Positions 58,072-64,000 of a stretch of 64,000 nucleotides of DNA are shown here, one piece after another; position 1 is the stretch's first letter, and each line of letters opens with the position of its first letter. The stretch lies in the NCBI GenBank assembly GCA_963810935.1, contig CAWEPK010000008.1, positions 96,001 to 160,000 of the forward strand. The letters run 5' to 3'. The stretch comes from an uncultured delta proteobacterium (GTDB taxonomy: Bacteria > Desulfobacterota > Syntrophorhabdia > Syntrophorhabdales > WCHB1-27). The translations under genes and the position numbers were made by a program. Under the pieces are notes generated by a model that had not been told where the DNA came from, ran no database searches, and saw nothing but the letters and a program-made list of their open reading frames with translations.

Positions 58072-59233
58072 ATGGAGAAAACGAGATTCGAAGAGACTCC
58101 AGTTATCGAAGGAGCTGCAGAAAGCAATCGACGACATGGGATTTGAAGAGCTTACACCGATCCAGTCCGGATCTATGTCCCCTATCACGGAGGGGAGGGA
58201 CATCATAGGACAGGCACGCACGGGCACGGGCAAAACGCTCGCCTTCGGCCTGCCGATTATAGAATCGATGCAGCGAAAAGGGAACGGACTCGAGGCCGTC
58301 GTCCTCTGTCCTACGCGGGAGCTGGCCGTGCAGGTCGCAGAAGAGCTTATGCGCCTTGCGAAATACAGGAAGGACGTCCGCATAGTCCCTGTCTACGGGG
58401 GCCAGCCCATATACAAGCAGCTCGAAGGCCTTAAAAAAGGCGCAAGGATAGTCGTCGGCACGCCGGGCCGCATCATGGACCACATGAACCGGGGAACGAT
58501 CCGGATGGAGACCGTGCGTACGGTCGTCCTCGATGAGGCGGACAGGATGCTCGACATGGGCTTCGTCGACGATATGAAGACGATCCTATGGGCCATGCCC
58601 GACGATCGCCAAACGCTCCTCTTTTCCGCGACGATGCCTGATTCCGTCAGGGACATCGCGAACAAGTTCCAGAGGGACCCCCTGGTGGTCAACGTATCGG
58701 GCGACCATATGACCGTCCCGGAAGTGAGCCAGGCATTTTTCGAGGTCAAGCCGTGGATGAAGCTGGAAATGCTCTGCCGCCTGATCGACACATACACCCC
58801 GAACTCCTCCCTCGTCTTCTGTAATACTAAGAGACGGGTTGACCAGATCGTGAAAGACTTGCAGAGCAGGGGCTACCTGGTCGACAGCCTGCACGGCGAT
58901 ATGACGCAGGCCCGTCGAGACAAGGCAATGTCGAAGTTCCGCAAGAAGCTGTTGCGCGTGCTCGTTGCTACGGACGTGGCGGCTCGGGGCATAGATGTGG
59001 ACAACGTGGAGGCGGTCATCAACTACGACGTCCCCCAGGACGACCTGCACTACGTACACAGGATCGGAAGGACCGCGCGCATGGGCAAAGGCGGCCACGC
59101 CTTCACCCTGGTGCTCCCGGACCAACTCTCGTTACTCAGGGACATACAGGAAAAAACGAATACGCCGATCAAGAGGCAGATGACCCCGCACTTCAAGGAC
59201 GAGGGCAGCAAGCACGGCGCGCGGCAGGTCTAA
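58072..59233 (+). CDS. DEAD-box RNA helicase (apparent +1 frameshift near 58096)
   Basis: Q motif GFEELTPIQ, ARTGTGKT, PTRELA, DEAD, SAT, ARGID, HRIGRTAR; ATG 58072 follows AAGGAG; extended -10 TGgTATAAT at 57958-57966. Confidence 0.93.
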
Positions 59234-60585
59234 GAGGCCGCAACCACCCGCTGTCGCCTCACGAGGAAGACGGGGATGCCCGTGAGCAGCATGATTACTC
59301 CCACTATAGCGCCCCTCCCCGTATATGCAAGGCTCGAATAAAGCATGTAAAGGCAGGCGCCGCAAAACAGGAGCGGTGTGAAGGGGTAGAGGGGCGTCCT
59401 GAACGGCCGCACCACTGCCCGCTCCTTAACCCGCAGCACAAACACGGAGACACCTACCAGCAGGAAGAAGAACCAGAAAACAGGGGCGGTGTACTCCACC
59501 ATCGTGACGAACCCGTTCCTCGTGCCCGTGCCGAGCAGAATCAGGCCAAGGGCGATTGCGCTCTGGAAGATCAACGCATTCACCGGCGTATTCCCCTTCT
59601 CGTCCCAATTGCCCATGAAGGAAAAAAGGGAGTAGTCCCGGCCGAAGGCATAGTTCGTCCGCGACCCCGTTATTATTACCGCGTTCATGCTGGACAGGAC
59701 CGTGAATACGACGAGCAGGCTCATATACGTTACCCCCGGTCCTCCCAGCACGCGGCGCATCACCTCCACCGCGACTGCGCCCGACGAAGCAGTGGCGCCC
59801 AGGCCGAGGGAGCTAATGAAGGCGTAGTTGACCGCAAGGTATATGAACGTGACTGCGGCTACGCCCAGCATGAGCACGCGTACCATGTTCTTTCTGGCCT
59901 TTCTCACCTCCGACGAGAGGTAGGCTATCTCGTTCCACCCGCCGTACGTCAAAAGGACAAAAATCATAGCGACGCCGATGCCGCTTGCCGTCGTCGCCTG
60001 CTGCACGGGAGGGGCCTCGGGGCGGCCCGGACCAGACGCGAGGCCGAACGCGACCACAGAAAAAAGCCCGAGCACTATCAGCCCGGTCAGGACGTTCTGT
60101 GTCCACTTGCCCTGCCTCATCCCCGTGATATTGACGGCCGTCAGGAGCACCAGGGCGCCCACGGCATAGATGGACGATGAATAAGGCCCTATCCTCAGCA
60201 CCTCCGATGCGTAATCGCCAAGGAGGAAGGCATGGAGGGCGATGGAGCCCGTCTGTATGACGGTGATGCGCGACCAGGCAAAGAGGAAGGCCGGGACGCT
60301 TCCATAGGAGCGCCCGAGATAGTGGTAATCGCCGCCTGGATGGGGATATGTCGAAGTCAGCTCCGCATAGCAGAGCGCCCCGACAAGGGAGACCGCCCCG
60401 CCCGCCAGCCACAGGAGCAGGACGGCGCCGACACTGCCGCACTGGGCGGCGACGATGGAGGGCGTTTTGAAGATGCCTGCCCCGACGACCATGCCCACGA
60501 CAACAGCCACGCCGTCGAGCACGCTAAGGGTGCTCTTCGGCGCCGCCTCGACGTCCGTTCGCTCTTTCTGGGCGTATTCCGGCAT
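59230..60585 (-). CDS. APC family amino acid permease
   Basis: VGAGIF, CYAELTS.YP..GG.Y.Y, YGGWN, RPFRTPLYP. Confidence 0.9.
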   Translation of the reverse strand: MPEYAQKERTDVEAAPKSTLSVLDGVAVVVGMVVGAGIFKTPSIVAAQCGSVGAVLLLWLAGGAVSLVGALCYAELTSTYPHPGGDYHYLGRSYGSVPAFLFAWSRITVIQTGSIALHAFLLGDYASEVLRIGPYSSSIYAVGALVLLTAVNITGMRQGKWTQNVLTGLIVLGLFSVVAFGLASGPGRPEAPPVQQATTASGIGVAMIFVLLTYGGWNEIAYLSSEVRKARKNMVRVLMLGVAAVTFIYLAVNYAFISSLGLGATASSGAVAVEVMRRVLGGPGVTYMSLLVVFTVLSSMNAVIITGSRTNYAFGRDYSLFSFMGNWDEKGNTPVNALIFQSAIALGLILLGTGTRNGFVTMVEYTAPVFWFFFLLVGVSVFVLRVKERAVVRPFRTPLYPFTPLLFCGACLYMLYSSLAYTGRGAIVGVIMLLTGIPVFLVRRQRVVAAS

Positions 60586-60759
60586 AACCAGTCTGATATG
60601 TCGCTTGGATGATAAATCTTTCAACTTTCCGACACAGCCTTGACAGGGGCGACAATACACTAAAGTGTAGGGTCATGGGTGAGCCTTGTCAACCTGCCCC
60701 GGTCCCGGACAGATGTCAGGCGCTTTATTGTAATTTTGGGGGATTAAGAATCGGTTCTT

Positions 60760-61068
60760 TCAGACGGTGACGCAGAAACCGGCGCTCTTAGCGGCGCCGA
60801 ACGCTTTAACATCGATGAACTTCTTGATTAGTGCGGCCCGCAAGACGGCTACGCCTTCGCGCAGGACCGGCCTCGCGGCGGGCGCCGCCCCTTCCGCAGG
60901 GACAGTGACGCGTTCCGGCGGCACGTCTATCCGCCGTACGAGAGTGAGCGTCTCCCGCGCCGTTTTCTGCGGGACGGACCTGCTTCCGCCTGTATCTACC
61001 TGAAGCTGCCTGACGCTGCGCTCTCTGCCCGCGTCATTCTCTTTCAGGTTTGTGTAAACAATCCTCAT
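60760..61068 (-). CDS. Hypothetical protein
   Basis: ORF of about 100 aa with a GAGG ribosome-binding site between two AT-rich intergenic regions; no motif recognised. Confidence 0.4.
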   Translation of the reverse strand: MRIVYTNLKENDAGRERSVRQLQVDTGGSRSVPQKTARETLTLVRRIDVPPERVTVPAEGAAPAARPVLREGVAVLRAALIKKFIDVKAFGAAKSAGFCVTV

Positions 61069-61271
61069 AAAGGCGCCTCGCCCGATTTGCCCGAGTACCG
61101 AGATTGCACACATGACCCGCACGCGCTAACGAGTGCGGCGTGTCGTCTTCTTGAAACAATTTTAATTTTGTATCTACGTTGTAATACGATATGATAGGGT
61201 TTGTCAAGAAAAAAAGCAGAAAATGAAAAAATAGCGCAAATCGGGAAGCGAAAGACGGCCGTGCGCGTCTT

Positions 61272-61637
61272 TTAGATCCTTCCGTAGTCGTCTTCGATGC
61301 GGACTACGTCGTCTTCCCCGAAGTATTCCCCGGTCTGCACCTCTATAACCACGACCGTCTCTCTGCCCGGGTTTTCGATCCTGTGGAGCGCGCCCCTGCC
61401 TATATCGATGGAGCCGCCCGCGTCGAGGAGGTGCTCCGCGCCGTCCAGGATGACGCGCGCCTTTCCCGAGACAACGTACCAGTGCTCCTGTCTCCTGGAG
61501 TGTTTCTGGTAGCTCAGGCGCTCGCCGGGCAGGACCTCTATCTTCTTTACCTTGAAGGCGTCGCCTTCCCCGATGACGACCCAGCGCCCCCAGGGCGGCT
61601 CCGCCGCCCGCCCGTCTGCCTTCGGGTCCTGCTCCAT
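61272..61637 (-). CDS. Mannose-6-phosphate isomerase type II C-terminal cupin
   Basis: PWG, LSYQKH..RQEHW, HRIEN, IEVQTGEYFGEDDVVRIEDDYGR. Confidence 0.88.
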   Translation of the reverse strand: MEQDPKADGRAAEPPWGRWVVIGEGDAFKVKKIEVLPGERLSYQKHSRRQEHWYVVSGKARVILDGAEHLLDAGGSIDIGRGALHRIENPGRETVVVIEVQTGEYFGEDDVVRIEDDYGRI

Positions 61638-61648
61638 CTTCGCGCGCC

Positions 61649-62404
61649 CTATCCTTTCTTGAAGAGTTTCTTTAGCCTTTCCTGGAAGGCAGGCTCGGCC
61701 GAGAAACGGGAGACGTATAGCCGCTCTTTATCGAGATGGGTGGACAGCCCCGAAAGGACGGCCTTGTTCACCAGCTCCTTCAGGTTGCGGGTTGTCTCCA
61801 TAGGCATCGCTTTCAGCCCATCGATAAGCGCGGCCAGCTCTTTCTCAAGGTCCTTTGCTTCCGCCGTGAAATTGACGAGTCCGAGCGTCTTTGCCTCCTC
61901 CATGGCTACGTTGCGTGACGTAAAGTAAAGCTCGCTGAACTTCTTCATGCCTACAAGGCGGGGCAGGAAAATGCTGGCGCCGCCGTCGGGCGTCAGGCCT
62001 ATCCGCCTGTACCCCATATTCAGGACTGTCTTCGACTCCGCAAGAGTGAGGTCGCAGGCAAGCGCCAGACTCAGGCCCGCGCCGACGGCAAGGCCCTCTA
62101 CCACCGCTATCACTATGGCCGGGATGTTGCGGATAAGGAGGATGCTCCGGTTCAGGTAATCGGCCATCGCGTCTACCTGCACCGCAGGCGTGGGGCTGTC
62201 CCTGAACTCTATCACGTCGCCGCCTGCGCAAAATGTATTGCCCGCGCCCCTTATGACTACTATGGACGCCCCTTCCTTCCGGGCCTTTGTGAGGGAGTGG
62301 AAGAGCGCCTCCAGAAGCTCCAGGCTCATTGCGTTTTTCTTGTCCGGCCGGTTCAACGTCAGCGTCAGCACGCCCTCGCGAAAATCTTCTACAACAACGC
62401 CCAT
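61649..62404 (-). CDS. Enoyl-CoA hydratase/isomerase family protein
   Basis: LNRPDKKNA, FCAGGD, AVGAGLSLALACD, GLTPDGG. Confidence 0.9.
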   Translation of the reverse strand: MGVVVEDFREGVLTLTLNRPDKKNAMSLELLEALFHSLTKARKEGASIVVIRGAGNTFCAGGDVIEFRDSPTPAVQVDAMADYLNRSILLIRNIPAIVIAVVEGLAVGAGLSLALACDLTLAESKTVLNMGYRRIGLTPDGGASIFLPRLVGMKKFSELYFTSRNVAMEEAKTLGLVNFTAEAKDLEKELAALIDGLKAMPMETTRNLKELVNKAVLSGLSTHLDKERLYVSRFSAEPAFQERLKKLFKKG

Positions 62405-62483
62405 AATGCCTCCTTAAGTCAGTCCTGCTTCCAGCCGCGCCGTATCTTGCGCTTCTTAATGATGAAGCAATGAAGGTGTGATT

Positions 62484-63506
62484 TCAAGCAAAAAACGGCG
62501 TTGGAAGACGCACCTTCCCCTTCAGCTCCCCTATGTTCTTCGACCCCGTGAACCAGAGTGCGACTGTAAGCTCTTCCCTGAGGCGCGCAATGCCTTCGGC
62601 TACCCTCTCCGCAGATACGCTCGCCCACTTCAAAAAGGGAAGCGCCATAGACGTAAAGTTTGCGCCGAGGGCTAGGGCCTTCGCCATGTCGATGCCTGTC
62701 CGCACGCCGCCGCCCCCTATGAGGCACTGGTCGTCCCGCAGCCATTTAGCCGCATCCATAATGGCGTCTCTCGTGCACGTCCCCAGTGTCTCGTACGGGC
62801 TGGAATCTTTGCCCCGCATTATCCCCTCGATCTTCGCCCAATTCGTCCCGCCGAGACCCGCAACGTCTATACCGGCTATTTTCCTTGCCGAAGCCCATCG
62901 AACGACCGTTTCCGGCAATCCGCTGCCCACTTCCTTGAGGAAGACGGGGTAAGGAAATTCTTCGACGGCCTCGTCCAGGGCCTCCAGGCCATGGGTGAAA
63001 TCGGTCTGCCCGTCTGCCTGCAGCAGCTCGTGCAGCGGGTTGACGTAAAGGATTATTCCGTCCGCTTTTATAGACTCGACGGCTTCAATGAGGTAGTCCC
63101 TGCCGTTGCGTGCATGGAGGAGGCTCAGGTTGGCGAGGAGCGGTATCCCGGGCGCCCACTCCCGGACCAGATAAGATTCCGGTGCGGCGGACTTCTCCAT
63201 CATCGGCCGCTGCGACCCGACAGCCATGGCTATGCCGCAGCGACTTGCGGCTGTTGCAAGGTTCCGGTTGATCTCTAAAGAAAGGCTGCCCCCGCCCGTT
63301 ATGGGGGCGATAAGAAGCGGCAATGCCAGGGTCTTGCCGAGGAACTGCGCTGTCGTGTCTATATCGGATACTGAAAAACCGGGCAGGCCGCCGATAAGGT
63401 TGAGCGTCTCAAGGCCCGTCGCCGCTGGGGACTCTACGTCATGCTCCAGGCAGATTCGTATATGGCTGTCTTTTACGGCTGCTTCGCGACCGGTCCCCTG
63501 CCCCAC
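62484..63506 (-). CDS. fni: Type 2 isopentenyl-diphosphate isomerase
   Basis: KDSHIRIC, ITGG, AVGSQR, NPLHEL.Q, KEVGSG, GGTNWAKIE, GGVRTG. Confidence 0.9.
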   Translation of the reverse strand: MGQGTGREAAVKDSHIRICLEHDVESPAATGLETLNLIGGLPGFSVSDIDTTAQFLGKTLALPLLIAPITGGGSLSLEINRNLATAASRCGIAMAVGSQRPMMEKSAAPESYLVREWAPGIPLLANLSLLHARNGRDYLIEAVESIKADGIILYVNPLHELLQADGQTDFTHGLEALDEAVEEFPYPVFLKEVGSGLPETVVRWASARKIAGIDVAGLGGTNWAKIEGIMRGKDSSPYETLGTCTRDAIMDAAKWLRDDQCLIGGGGVRTGIDMAKALALGANFTSMALPFLKWASVSAERVAEGIARLREELTVALWFTGSKNIGELKGKVRLPTPFFA

Positions 63507-63511
63507 TTCCT

Positions 63512-64000
63512 TTAACCCCCTTCCAGCCCGACGAGCCTGCGCCCGGCGCGGTAGGCGTCGTCAAAGGCGGTCGGGTGTCCGCAGATCGCGCCTTTCTGGT
63601 CTATGCCGAGGAAGCTGATCGTCTCGTGCTCCGGCACGCTTATCGTCCTGAAAAAAGCCTTCGCCGTCTCGCCCGAGCATGTCACGCCGATTTCCTTCTT
63701 CATGCCGCCCACGAGTATAAGCAGCCCCTTCCTGCCGTCCGGCCCGCCGGAGATCGACCGCTTCAGGACATACCGCTCGCACCAGAAGGACTGGCACCTG
63801 TCCACCATCGTCTTTGTCTGGGCAGAGAGTCCGAAGAAGAAAATCGGAGAGGCGAGTATGATGCGGTCTGCCGCGCGTATCGCGTCCGCTACTGCCGTCA
63901 TGTCGTCCTTCTGCACGCAAATGCCTGTTTTCTCGCACCCGCCGCAGTCCTGGCACGGCCTTATGCTCAACTCGTTCAGGTTCACCTTCGCGACGTCGTG
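63512..64000 (-). CDS. Flavodoxin-like iron-sulfur flavoprotein / FMN reductase family (5' end truncated by window edge)
   Basis: PCQDCGGC.....C...DDM, ASPIFF, KTMVDR. Confidence 0.85.
   Translation of the reverse strand, partial: HDVAKVNLNELSIRPCQDCGGCEKTGICVQKDDMTAVADAIRAADRIILASPIFFFGLSAQTKTMVDRCQSFWCERYVLKRSISGGPDGRKGLLILVGGMKKEIGVTCSGETAKAFFRTISVPEHETISFLGIDQKGAICGHPTAFDDAYRAGRRLVGLEGG

Overview
This is a gene-dense, GC-rich window of mostly core genome from an anaerobic Gram-negative bacterium; the gene content suggests Desulfobacterota, possibly Syntrophorhabdaceae-like (inference). In order it contains: the end of a flagellar cluster (flgK, flgL, csrA, fliW, fliC, fliD, fliS); a putative sigma28 unit (small ORF, response regulator, REC-GAF-HD-GYP, PilZ, motAB); pxpABC with a Liv-type ABC transporter; msrB; def and fmt; a Tat flavoprotein with a tetraheme cytochrome c; two lytic transglycosylases; DUF885; a large secreted beta-helix protein; tRNA(CAT), a Zn-ribbon gene, RNase H and rnpB; pilD; leuB, purD and a half-length purH; the hcpR-hcp nitrosative-stress locus; a cluster of small stress membrane proteins; an M16 peptidase pair; dctP; nudC; a DEAD-box helicase; and fni. 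I saw no transposase, integrase, phage gene, CRISPR array or defence system. About 11 reading-frame breaks can each be repaired by removing one base, so they are probably sequencing errors, not pseudogenes. I cannot claim an unambiguous new system. The best candidates are: (1) exported flagellar proteins almost free of Arg, Lys and His; (2) a c-di-GMP module (HD-GYP + PilZ) apparently co-transcribed with the stator genes; (3) a split periplasmic flavocytochrome c lacking the fumarate-reductase catalytic motifs; (4) repeated leaderless-gene architecture; (5) an RNase H ORF running into the RNase P RNA. All family calls come from motif recognition by eye; no database search was run.
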